A DNA stretch of 64,000 bases from Octopus vulgaris (Eukaryota), in contig OX597817.1 of assembly GCA_951406725.2 (NCBI GenBank), positions 109,740,001 to 109,804,000 of the forward strand, given 5' to 3'. Below are positions 40,590-53,623 of this stretch, in pieces. Below the pieces are notes generated by a model. That model was not told the DNA's origin. It saw only the letters and a list, made by a program, of their open reading frames with translations, and searched no databases. Each line of letters begins with the position of its first letter. Within the stretch, counting starts at the first letter, position 1. The position numbers and the translations under genes are program-made.

Positions 40590-43500
40590 GTGTGTGTGTG
40601 TGTGTGCGTGTCACTGCGTTTCAACTGAAATTTTATTTAGATGTTTCTGTAGTAGTTATATATAACTTGCTTCAAATTTTCATAGTGATAAGAATGAAAT
40701 TATATACAAACGTTGTGTATTTAACCGTGATGTAATTAATAAGGTGTATTCACAATGTTGACACTAATAATATCTTCGTGGAATTTCAACTCTTCTTTCA
40801 TTTCCCTAAACTTTCCAGTGTTATTTTATGTATTTGTATGTGCGCGCGTCAGTATATATGTGTTGCATGTATAACTGCTCTTCCTGTAGTTCTCCGTAGG
40901 ATTTCTTAGCTACCAGTTTAATCTTTGAAATTATATTATGTGCTTCAGTGTTTCCTTCTTTCCTCTTATCTGTCTTTTATCTACACTTTCTCCTCACTTT
41001 TTCACACATAATCTGCTGTATCTTTCTTTCTCTCCTTTTCTCCCTTTCACCCTTTCTCGTGTGTTTCTCATTTTCTGTGCGGATTCTCTTCAAATAGAGC
41101 ACACAATGTCCTTCTAGCCTCTTTGGTAGAATTTAGATGAATGCTCCTGTTTACTATATTTCTACCTATTATTTACAGACAAAGCCAAAACAAACGCTTT
41201 CTTTATGGTTTCATTTACTTCGCTTCTGATGAAGAGTTTTCAAAAATATGAAACAGTCTAAGACATCACCACCTGAAACGTTTGTAGCTTTAGCAGGCTC
41301 GCAGTTAATACGGTTGGATTTGGATTCTATTTAATAGTTTATGAAGATAACTATTGCACTAAACCTAATCGAAGAAAATTTTTAAATCCCACGGAAATAT
41401 GTTATAATTTTCCAAGCAAATTATACATCAGAAATTTTATTCGTCTTTTAATCAACGTTCCCAGTTACATGGTACTCGTACAAAATGTAACGCTAATTCT
41501 ACTTTCCTGGAAATATTCATTTTCTCGCACAAAACACGAAACCCCAGACCCAAAAACATTTCCTTCCAGTTATTTTAAGTGAGAATTCTCTAAACAAGCT
41601 TTTCCAAATGTTTTAAATGCATTGCCTCCAAAACACATCCAAATGTACATAACTCACCACTAAACAAGGAAGCCCTTATACAGTCACCGGACTTGCTAGT
41701 ATGGACATTAGTTTGTATTCTGTTTCAAAACCAAATAATGATTTCGGCTAAAACATCTCTAATTAAAAGATGTGTTCGATCTTGCCCGACTTGGGGCTAT
41801 GAACAACAGCAATTAAATTATTTTATATCTTTAAATGAGTGTCATTTCTTAAAGGGAAGTCCGTTTGTTTTTATATTTAATGGGCTTTCGCACTACTGGT
41901 CACTAAGCCTGGGTTAAGTATTTGGAAATATTGAGTTGTACGAATGCCAGAATTCCTGCTCGCTCTTGTTGTTGTGATACACAGGTATACAGTGTGATCC
42001 ATTTGGTATCAGTTTAGCAACGGCAATTTCTGTCTTAAGGGGCTCCAAAATACATATACTATAAAGTTTATAACCTTTGCCTCACAAGGCGATGAAACTA
42101 TTCATTTTTAGCCGAGCATCCGTAATGCGAGACGGAATACCATACTAGGCACTGTCCGTAGGAGTCAAAAGATTCAAGAACTTTTGACAGGTAGTCATCA
42201 CAACCTTAGGTAGAGACTGAGGTCACTACCAACTACCTCACAGAATTATAATTCAAAGGGAATAAGAGTATCGTAGAGATAATCTTAATCAAAGGCTTCA
42301 GTATCGACAATTCTTCTTAGCCCTTTGACATTCTTCACACACATTTATTCGCTCCAAATAATTAGCTGTCTCGGTGATTGGCACTAGCTAATTTCTTCTT
42401 CAATCGTATTTCTTAATTAACCATCTGACATATCGTCACATGTGATTACTTCCGCAATTTGTATCCTGATTCTTTGATTTTCCAACTATATTCTAATCCT
42501 AAACTCTAAATGGATCCCAGCATGGAATATTGTTTTCACATCGGATGATACAGTTCGTTGCGTTCTTTTTTGTTTTCTATCTATTCTTTTATTTTTAATC
42601 AAACACTTCCCAGATACATATTAGAAGAAAATAATCAGCCTAATTGGTCAATTTGTGTTAGTTCTACATCGCCTTCAATCGAAAGTCTTGTTCTTCACAT
42701 TCGTGCTCCTCCACGCCTTCTATCCCACTTAAGTGCAGTAGTTTCCTTCTGTTATTGAGGGTTCGTATTCGATCACTCCTTAGACACGTTTACACGTATC
42801 CTATCGGACATGTCGAGAAGTAACCCTATTTCAGTTCTGACCTTGAAAGACTATTCGAAATCGTCTGGTATTCATTAAATAGAATTCTGTTTAGCTGTGG
42901 ATGTTTCGGAATGTTGTTTGAAAGAAAATCTATAAATCGATTAATAATTAGTACATGATCTAGCTAGTATATTTATTCAGATATTCCTGCGTTTCAAAAG
43001 AAACCTTCACTTACATATATTTTTGTTCAATCAAAGATATCCCAGATATATTTCAAATAAAAGCAATCAGTGTAATTGAGCAATTTGTATCTCTTCTGCT
43101 TCTCCTTTAATAGACTTCGTTGTTCAACATTTTCCCTCTCCTCTCCACCTTCTTTCCAACTTATGAGTTGCATTTTACATCCAGCATTCACTTTCGCTCT
43201 TTAAATTCCGTCCAACAAATTCCATTCCTTTACATGCATTTTCTATGATTAAGTCAGAGGAGACAAGGGATCACCTTTGACCTCTATCCAGACCTATGTG
43301 ATTGGTGGGAGAAATTTGAGTTCTCAGATTGGAAACCTGGTTGAGTTCATTTAAGAGACACACGAATAAGACGATTAACAGGGCGGCAGATAGGATTTGC
43401 ACCCATACCATTATTCCATATCCGTATTAATTTCCCTAATCCTCCTCACCTTCAACTTTCTCATCGATGACTGTAACTGTCGGTGATGGTTAATATACTT

Positions 43501-44265
43501 CTTTCGCAGGAAATGGTAATAATATAGCATTTTCCAAAATATTCGATTTATGCATGTTAGAAAATATTTTAATACAATTTTGCAAACGGTTTAACAAAAT
43601 TTCTAATATGAAATTTGTCATTTTTATCCATCAAGATTTTACGATACATGTTTTCATACGCTGGTTGAAATTGAAGCCTTTCATTTAGCCGTTTCTGTCT
43701 CACATCCACTTTGCTTGCATTTGTTTACGCTATTCCATGCTTCTTTTAGTCACTCCTGCTTCAAAACAAATTTAAGATTTTAAGCCTGTTGAATTAATAT
43801 TATATATATAAAGCTTGTTCTTTACCCTTAAAGCGTAAGAATGTTCTTGGGATTTTATCGTTTCAGAATGTTTCAGGAGAGATTCATAGACTTCATTTTA
43901 AGGACTCCCGGGGAACGTTAGATTGTTGTACAAGCACCCATCTCTAAGTACACTTCTTCTTATTGCAGACATAGCTATAATCTAATGAAGTTGATTACGT
44001 AATTTTTGTTATCTTGTCATCCGTCTATTAATATTACATTCTGTACTTGTCTATTTGGCTAACAATTTACACTAAAGTGTATGTGCATATGTATATTCAG
44101 TTCTAACAACTGGTTATTAGTGTCTCTAATATACATACATATATACATGTATATGTATGTGTGTATGCATGCATGTGTATATGTATGCCAAATGTATGTA
44201 TGTGCGTGCGTATGTATGGATATGTTTATACATACAAACATGGTTATAGAATACAAATAAGTGTC

Positions 44266-44338
<73 letters not shown>

Positions 44339-44969
44339 GTACACGCACAGAAAGACTATAAATATATTTATATATATAAACACATATATACATATACATA
44401 CACATAGACAAGTATGAGTGTGTGTGTCTTGGAAAAGGGGATGCACTGGGTAATTGGCCAATAAAGTGAATGTGTGCGCGTGCATGTGTGTGTGCGTGTG
44501 TGCGTGCGTGTGCATGTGTGTGTGTGTGTTTGGATTTATGTCCATATGTATCTATGTATAAGGTACATTAGTTAGTGTTGTCATATTTTTAAGAAAGTAA
44601 GTGTCACATGAGCGAATTTTGGCTGGTTTGAAATGGCGAAAGTAATTGTGGTATGTGCTTTAATAGCAATTATAAAATTTCATAATTTTAAGCACACCGA
44701 TTAATCTTCAATTGCTATAAAGCTAATACATTTTCGATGAAATTTTGGCGAGTTTTCTCTGACAATGCTACCTTTAGAGTAATTCTTAAAGTATTTCTTA
44801 ATATGACCTCAGTGTCGAACATCCCGCGTTTAGAATATGATAAATAACTTCCTGCCTAAGTACCTAATCTGCGAAGAAGCAGCAGAACTCTAAAGTATTA
44901 AGATTAGATCTAGCCTTCTCTGTCGTACGCTTTGATAAACACATTACCTTTTCATCATAGAGTACCTTA

Positions 44970-45119
44970 TCTCTCTCTCTCTCTCTCTCTCTCTCCCTCG
45001 CTCTCTCTTACTCTCTCTCTCTCTCTCTCGCTCTCTCTCGCTCTCTCTCTTACTCTCTCTCTCTCTCTTACTCTCTCTCTCTCTTACTCTCTCTCTTTCT
45101 CTCTCTTTCCTTCTCTCTC
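44970..45119. repeat. (CT)n-rich microsatellite
   Basis: Direct reading. Confidence 0.95.
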
Positions 45120-45704
45120 ACAATTCCAACAGTTTCTTTTCATAATTATTGGTTTAACTTCGACTAGATTCAAAAGCAGTATATGTATAAAAGAAAACGG
45201 ATTAGGAAGTTGCTAAGTTCCTTTCTCAAAACCTTTAGTGTATTAAATGAAACTCATTTGAACCTGGAACGGAAAAACATGGTAGATCGGGTAGGCTCGC
45301 TAAGAGTAATAAGCAAGATCACATCCGTTCATATTCATAACAATGACAAGTTATATTCTAATGTTGATAATACGAATGACTAGATTTACAATTTATGTTC
45401 CTTTGCAATACATTTGACTTCTGATCACTATCTAGGCAAAGAACATTAAGTAGCATCACTTTAAAGATATTATGTTTAGTTATTGTATACAGAGCTCAAA
45501 AGTGACAAACAGTAGCGCCGTTGGTGGCAGGCATCAACGACAGTGTTGTTAGCTTATTGCATTTCCGTCAGCGTGAGTGACAAGGGAACTTCTGCCTAAC
45601 TCAGTGCAGAACAACTGTAATCTAGAAATAATGCTGCGAGATTAGTATACCGGATCACATTCTTCCTTAAGCCTCTTCACTACATTTCATAATCTACAGG
45701 TCAC

Positions 45705-46070
45705 ACCATAGGTGAGTATCTTCAACTATAACATTGGGATGACCAATGCCTTATGCGTGAATTTGGTAGGCGGAAACTGTCAGGGAGCCCGTCAATATGT
45801 GTGTGTGTATGTGAATCTGTGTGCGTTTGTACGTATGCGTTTATGAGTATCTATGTGTATGTGCCTTTATGTTTCTATCTATCCCCTACTTATCACGTGA
45901 TAACTGGTGATGGTTTGTTTGCGTCCCCAGAACTTAGCAGTTCCGTGAACTAACCTACAGAGTGAGTGCCAGGCTCAACAAGAACAAGACATACTGGAGT
46001 TGATTTATTCGACTAAAACCCTTTAGATGGTGCCCCATCTTGGCTGCAGTCCAATGACTGACACAGTCAG
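45705..46070 (+). mobile_element. SINE family A, diverged
   Basis: GACCAATGCCTTATGCGTGAATTTGGTAGGCGGAAACTG...TTTATTCGACTAAAACCC...GGTGCCCCATCTTGGCTGCAGTCCAATGACTG. Confidence 0.7.
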
Positions 46071-47040
46071 GTGTATATGATATACAAACATATCCTGACA
46101 ACTGTAATTAATTTACACTTTAAAATAGTCGACAATATGTTGGCGGACACCGTAGAGAAAAAGGTATGCTCCAGATGCATCGATTACATAACGCAGGTAT
46201 TGATACCTGCTGTAAATCATATGATGTTATTTTGGCATCTAATACCATTTTAAAAGACATAACGATCAAGCATATCAAGTTAAATTTTCTTTAGTTCCTA
46301 ATTAAAATGAATCCTACAGCTTATATATTTTATATGAATGTAATACACAAGAAAGCCGAATATAACACGAAAGAAAGATACAAGTTTATTAGGGAAAATT
46401 TCCAACAGAAATATTCAATAACTAATAAGGAAAATCATAATGCTTCCTTTTAGGTATTCCATGCTAATTATTGCTTAACTGGCTATTAATAATATTACCA
46501 TTAATTATTTCATCGTTATTCTGTCTTCCTGTCTTTGATGATGAGCTGGGAGTAATTAGCAAGATTACATCCGTTCATATTGATAACAATGAGAAACGAT
46601 AATCTAATGTTGATAATGCCAATGATTAGAGTATTTACAATTAATGACTATTTTATAATTAGATTGGCAATACATTTGATTGCTGATGACTAGATAGGCA
46701 CAGGCCGTTGAGTAGCTTCATTTCAGAATTTATTGAGATATACATTTCCCTATGGCGTAAAGAGTTAAATAGTGGTGAACTATAGCATCGTTTATGGCAG
46801 ATTTCTTATAGTCTGTTATTAGTTAGCTGCACTTTTGGCAGAGTAACAAGGAATTGCCGGACAAATATTATGAGGAACCTCGTTTGAAAATCACTACTTT
46901 TCAGCTTTCGTGCAGACGCTTATATTCTTTGGTGATGCATACATGCATACTTACATACATACTCACACGCACACTTGCACACATACACACATACATACAT
47001 ACATACATACATACATACATACATACATACATACATACAT

Positions 47041-47080
<40 letters not shown>

Positions 47081-47099
47081 ACACACACACTCACACATA

Positions 47100-47758
47100 C
47101 AGGGTGTTCGGGATAAATTTGACGATCTTTTATGTCTCCTTTTTTTTCAGGAACAGTTTGATCTATCACTGAACTGTCAACGGCATTGGAGAGCATAACG
47201 ATTAAAGTTGTAGTTGAGAAAAAGTTAGCTGACATGGAGGACTGGAAGGCATCTGAATACTGAAAAAGAGTTACCTGTATCCTGATGATTCGCGCCGGGT
47301 ATCAAAATGCCGACATCATGACTGTAGCTCAATGGCCTGTGAATACTGTAAAAGCTATAAAGCGTGACATGGGCACCTGCAAAAGAAACATGAAGCCGTG
47401 TCCAACAGGAAGGGATGCTGTAGCCTCTGCTCTGACTGTGTCCGCGCGATGGATTACTTCTCGACATTTTCGAACAGAGCCTTAAACTCAATCCAGACGG
47501 CTGTGTGAAGCTTCTAAAGACTCCAGTCAATCCGTGGCTGGAGACATTTGCTGCTCAAGGGCCATATATATGGCAGCAGGCTTTGGCTCATTACCTTCCC
47601 TCCGGAAGATTGTTTAAGAATTTTTACGACTTCACCAGCAACAATTCCTGGACTCCTAATTCACCCGATGGTAATCCTGTGGATTAATATGTAAGGGGCG
47701 CGGTTGACAACGACACCAACCGCTCTGCCTACAGCACAAAAGCAGAGCAGTTGACGAA
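47100..47758 (+). mobile_element. Tc1/mariner (DD37D/maT-like) transposon remnant
   Basis: TA-CAGGGTGTTC terminus; HTH-like MIRAGYQNADIMTVAQWPVNTVKAIK; catalytic region PWLETFAAQGPYIWQQ...NFYDF...WTPNSPDGNPVD. Internally deleted; right TIR not seen. Confidence 0.75.
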
Positions 47759-47817
47759 GGATACACACATGCGCGTGAACACAGACGTGTGCGCACAGAT
47801 ACACACACAGCCATAGG

Positions 47818-47864
<47 letters not shown>

Positions 47865-47999
47865 TGTATGAATATATATGTATATGTATGTTAAGTGTAT
47901 GATATAAGTAAGAGAACGAAGTTCGACAAATTCAATCATATTTTTTGTAAATGAAGGAGACTAGATGTTAATATGGAATAAAATATGTTTATTCATTTC

Positions 48000-48077
48000 G
48001 CTATACAATCGTTTCGTACAGAAAGGCAATAAATTCATTTTAAGAATCTGAGTTGTTGAAGAGTACTCATCGGTAGC
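48000..48077 (-). ncRNA. type I hammerhead motif (U4C)
   Basis: GCUA-CCGAUGA-GUAC...GUAC-GAAA-CGAUUG-UA-UAGC. Confidence 0.6.
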
Positions 48078-48277
48078 ACAATAACAAAAAAATAATAGAA
48101 ACAAAGTAAGGAAAAAAGGGGACTTTAGAGTTACACGTGTGTGACGTTCTTACTAATTCTTGTAATGCGTAATTCTTGGGCGTGTGTTAAATCGACATGT
48201 AGTAAGAACACCATACCCAAGTAACTCTAACGTCCCTATTTTTCTTTATTTAGTCTTTATCATTTCTTTCTTATTGT

Positions 48278-48355
48278 ACTACTGGTGAGTGCTCTTTGAC
48301 AACACAGATTCTTAAAATGAATTTATTGTCCTTCTGTACGAAACGATCGTATAGC
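48278..48355 (+). ncRNA. type I hammerhead motif (A6G)
   Basis: CUA-CUGGUGA-GUGC...GUAC-GAAA-CGAUCG-UA-UAG. The consensus of the two arms restores CUGAUGA. Confidence 0.6.
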
Positions 48356-48609
48356 GAAATGAATAAAAAAATATTTTATTCCATATTAACAACTAATCTC
48401 CTCCATTTTCGAAAAGTGTTATTGAATTTGTCGTCCTATAATTTAAATCATATACTTAATATACTTACATAACCTTTCATATCTACGCCAATTTACACCA
48501 GAAGATTCAAAGTAAAGTATGAAGAATCAACGTTAGAAATCTTTTGGAAACTGCTCCAATTAAACGACGAATCCACATTCAACCCTTTTAAAATATATGT
48601 ATATATGTA

Positions 48610-48674
<65 letters not shown>

Positions 48675-48867
48675 ATAATAAATATTAGGGAATAAATCCA
48701 AACATACAGGGAAAAATCAGATTTAGGATTGAATCCAATTTTATGGTAAAATATTATATTATATTAAATTAGAGACAAAACCACTATTATGCAAATCAAA
48801 CAAAGAAAGACTTAATCCAATACATAAATTAATTTATATTATTTAGAAATTTAACAATTATTAATAT

Positions 48868-48931
48868 CCACTACGATCGTTTAATGTCTTCTTTTCATCA
48901 CATCTTTGAGAAGTAGACATTCTTCGGGTGG
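48868..48931 (-). ncRNA. hammerhead-like motif (U4C, G12U)
   Basis: CCAC-CCGAAGA-AUGUCU...AGACAU-UAAA-CGAUCG-UA-GUGG. Confidence 0.5.
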
Positions 48932-48985
48932 TTTCAAATATGTATGTATGTATGTATGCACCTATACATATATGGGTGTATGTGC

Positions 48986-49021
<36 letters not shown>

Positions 49022-49056
49022 GCTTACGCTTACACTTATATGTATGTATATGTGCT

Positions 49057-49106
<50 letters not shown>

Positions 49107-49121
49107 CATACATATTTGAAA

Positions 49122-49185
49122 CCACCTGAAGAATGTCTACTACTCAAAGATGTGATGAAAAGAAGACATTAAACGATCGTAGTGG
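49122..49185 (+). ncRNA. hammerhead-like motif (G12U)
   Basis: CCAC-CUGAAGA-AUGUCU...AGACAU-UAAA-CGAUCG-UA-GUGG. All three stems are perfect; UAAA replaces GAAA. Confidence 0.6.
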
Positions 49186-49293
49186 ATATTAATAATTGTT
49201 GAATTTCTAAATAATATAAATTAATTTATGTATTGGATTAAGTCTTTCTTTGTTTGATTTGCATAATAGTGGTTTTGTCTCTAATTTAATATA

Positions 49294-49344
<51 letters not shown>

Positions 49345-49668
49345 CATATATATATATACATATATATATATGTATGTATGTATGCACCTATACATATATG
49401 TGTGTATGTGCATATGTATATGTGCTTACGCTTACACTTATATGTATGTATATGTGCCTACATGTATATATATATATATATATATATGTATATACATACA
49501 TACATATATATTTAAGTAGTTGAATGATTTATCTTAGTATGGATAATTCGGTTAACCGATACCTGGGTAGCAAATTCACGTCAGAAAAACACGGTTGAAG
49601 CTACATCCCAAGGGCAGAGATCACGTGCTTTCGTATGGAAATTTGTGTGTTTTTACATACATATAAAC

Positions 49669-49725
<57 letters not shown>

Positions 49726-50443
49726 GTGTGTGTGTGTGTTTCTGAGGTAGACATGTCATCTTTGATATATAGTGTATCTAGGCGCGGCATTGTCTAAAAT
49801 ATGCTTCGTATTTTAAAACGATTGAGTATAATTTAGTGAAGATTTGTCTGTTACTTCTAGCAGGGAAACTGATTATGTACAGGCTCCTTTATTGGCTAAT
49901 TTAATTTGATAGAATAGGTTGGCATATTCTTTTGAATTGTATATTATATATTTCTACTGATGAAAGAAACCAAGAAGTACAGAATTAAACACTATGAGGT
50001 ATTTAGTTGGCCATCCCTTTCTCTAGAAATGTATTTCATAACGCAACCATATCATAAAAAATTATAAATTACAGCGCATATTGCAATAGCAATAATCACT
50101 ATAAATTATACCTTTGTTTCCTACAGGCAACGTTATAATTTATACTTACCAATGCAAGATGCTGGTTAAATTTATGAATCTGGTATATTTTTTCATGGCC
50201 CTCTCTTTCACTCTCTCTGCCTCTCCCTCTCTCTCTTTCTCTTTCTCCCTTCTATCTTTCTCTCTGTCTTTCTTCCACTTTCTCTCCCTCTCCACATCTC
50301 TCTCCCTGCCCCAGCCTTATTTCTCCCCCCTCCCCATCTCTCTCGCTCTCTCTCTCTCTCTCTCTTTGTCTATGCATACGCACCCACACATACATGTTTA
50401 GATACGTATGTATACAGCGGTGTGCATGTGTGCATATAAAAGT

Positions 50444-50484
<41 letters not shown>

Positions 50485-50559
50485 TGTTGGTATATGTATG
50501 CATAATATATGTATGCATAATATGTGTGTATGTATGAGTCAATGGGAACCCACTTTCAT

Positions 50560-51370
50560 CTCCCTACAGTAAATAAATGTGCTGAGATATGTATCGTGGT
50601 GGGCATCGTTGGAGAGGACGGAAACTAGTAAGAGAAGGAAATAATGAAATCAGCTGCACATCAGAGCAGGTACAATGCGAGTCAAAGAGAAGTCCATCAC
50701 CAAATACCACGATGTTGTGATCTGGCAAGAATATTCTATTGCAAGAGACAAAAGAAAGATGGAATCTGATAGGTGGTCAGTTTTGTCAACTTTGCTGATG
50801 TCAAGAGAAACAACACTGATTTCATTAAATTTTTCAAAAGAACCCACTGGAAGTTGATCCCCAGATCTGGCTTTTCGAAAGCTATGCTAATTAGTCATAA
50901 GGAGGAAGAGAGGTTCAATGTGTTGGATAAAGTTGCTTTTGATGGCTGTCAGCATCCACCAATGTGGTGATGTTCAAACTGAGTGCAATACTATGTTACA
51001 CAACAAGATCAGAGCGGGTTACCCTTCTTTAGAACAGGATACGTGATAGTGTTTCCAGAGATCGGGATGTGCCTCTGTAGGAAGAGGATGAAAAGTTTGT
51101 TGAGCATATGAACCAGCTCTTAGTTGCATTGTTTGAGTGTAATAGGAAGGACATTTTTGTGATCTGTACCCTTGTTGATTTAAAAGGACCAGAGGTACTG
51201 TTGCACGTTTATGTGTGTGAGTGCCGTGTGCATATTGGTGAACAGGGCATAGTGAAAAGAGAAAATTTTTCACGATAATTATGTAACGAGTGCAGTGTGG
51301 AGAGGGATACACAAGCAGCAAATTATAGGTTCTCTCTGATTGTGCAAACTTATAATCAAACGCGCTCCAA
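50560..51370 (-). mobile_element. CR1-group LINE reverse transcriptase remnant
   Basis: Minus-strand peptides in RT order: LKQC..ELVHMLNKLF, PVLKKGNP, SFRKARSGDQL, EISVVSLDISKVDK (VVALDISKAFD motif). Confidence 0.7.
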
Positions 51371-52743
51371 TCGTAATCATTCCGTATAGCTAGGACTACA
51401 TTGTCCAATCTGTCTTTTTTTAAGATGATATGGTGCAATGGAGGGAATTTGGTTACGATTCACTCTAGCTATTTGAATTCCCTTGCTATATCAAAGAAAC
51501 TGCAATTTCAACATGACACAAGAAAGTATAAAGCATCATGTTATAAGCCTATGCAAGTGTAAATAGTATATAAAGCACCAATATAGAACCCGCTTACTAA
51601 CCCGCTAAACTAACTATTAAAACTTTGACTAATTTTAACATGGTGAGAGAGAAATATATTGTACTGGTATTGTTCCTACAAGAATAACTCTACGCTCAAA
51701 CATAACGACTTAGTGAATTTAAGCGAAACCCAGAGTAATGTTTCACTTTCAAACATGATGGAGAATAGTTAATGCTTCCATGTTTATATTTTAAGAAAGA
51801 CAACCGTGTATTTACTTTTTAACCAAAGGAAAACATTTAGGAATGGTTATTTTAAAGTGCGACACTATATGAGCATAAGAATCACATCAAAATGCTTAAT
51901 GGTAATAAAACTTCAGTCTGTCTGCAGTAATAAGGAAATGAGATAAAAAAGAAGTAATTGTCTGGTTACCAAATTAGTCTATCCCAGGAAACTAATCTGG
52001 TATGTCCCTAATAAAACTATTATCTGCTAACGACTAGCAACTAACGACATAAAATAAATGAGCTAAATCTTTACAACTAACTTAGCTGTAAGGCATTTAT
52101 CTACCACGCTCAGAGACAGAATTTTATGTAATAATTATGAACTCAGTCATGAAATGATAATCAAGCAGTATATTCACTTTGTGAAACCAGGTAACGTTAT
52201 TCAGTTGCTTCAAAATATTATCACGACATTATACAAAATTTAATTAATGTTGAACTTCATAAAATTCTATAAAGGTCTCTCGGATATTCACCGACTTTCT
52301 TTCAGACGTTATATGGCTATTTAGATCTCTAGCAGCTCAGTTTGTTTCGAAAGATAATTAATATCCTTTCAAAATCTAAGACAAGACTTCAGAAAATGCA
52401 ATTCAACATTCAAAGCAAGTTGCAAAAGCATTTATGTACACTCTCAATTAGTCAGTTATATACATACACATATACATAAAATAGTGGGGATATTATGTGT
52501 GCATGTGTGTATTTAATGTAATCACATATACTGAATTATAGTAAATACACATGTCATATGGTATATCAGTATGTGTACAAGTATATATGTGTGTGTATAC
52601 TTATAAGTAATATATACACATATGTGGTTATATTGAGAGACATATATATATGTACGTATACATGTATACATATATGTACACACACACACATATACATATA
52701 TATATATACATATATATATATATATGTCATATACACAGACACT

Positions 52744-52828
<85 letters not shown>

Positions 52829-53530
52829 GTGTGTGTGTGTGTGTTTGTATTTATGTATATATGTATGTATGTATATAGGTAGTATACATTCGATACTTTA
52901 AAATCCATTATCTGCTATATAATAACATGATACGAATTTGTTATTTTAGTTCTTTGTTTCGTTTCTTTCAATAATATCAAACATTACTTTTGATGTATGT
53001 CTGACAAAAGACTAACTTATTTACTATATACAGATCAGTAAATTACTGTCTGGCTTAACAGTGTATCATATACCAAAAATAATCTCTTGTTAAAATTCAA
53101 AGTATCATGGAAATTTCGTTTCACTAAATCTCATGCTGAGTGATTGTGTCTTGCCGTATCTCGAGTACACAAACACATATACAAGTATACACATTCTTCT
53201 GTCATATGTGTGAATATAATACACAATGTAAGTTAGAAATGCATTACAATGCAAAATTTGAGAATATTCACAAAGAGATTTTTCCAGACTATTTAAATAG
53301 ATCTGAAAAACTATATACCTATTAATTTATACTGTTGATATGATCACAAACATTTTACTTGAAATCTGCAAAATGCGAAATTCAGTGTTATAATATATAA
53401 ATAAACTATATCTTAAATAAATTGTATCATAGAAATAGATAGATAGATAGATAGACAGATAGATATAGATGCATTTATACATACACGGATTTAAATACTT
53501 ATTAACATATAAATGTGTGTATACGTGTGG

Positions 53531-53621
<91 letters not shown>

Positions 53622-53623
<2 letters not shown>

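Larger units (their letters stand above)
47886..48464. repeat. old fold-back inverted repeat (about 265-bp arms) carrying hammerhead motifs
   Basis: 47886-48152 is the diverged reverse complement of 48200-48464. Confidence 0.85.
48670..49298. repeat. TA-embedded fold-back element (about 195-bp arms) carrying hammerhead-like motifs
   Basis: 48755-48949 is the near-perfect reverse complement of 49104-49298. A short remnant of the same family (GTGGTTTTGTCTCTAATT) lies at about 26900-26925. Confidence 0.9.

Noticed and set aside
41222-41262. CTGATGA...GAAACAGTC hammerhead-like spacing
   Set aside because: Stem II does not pair and stem I is out of register; cannot be distinguished from chance.
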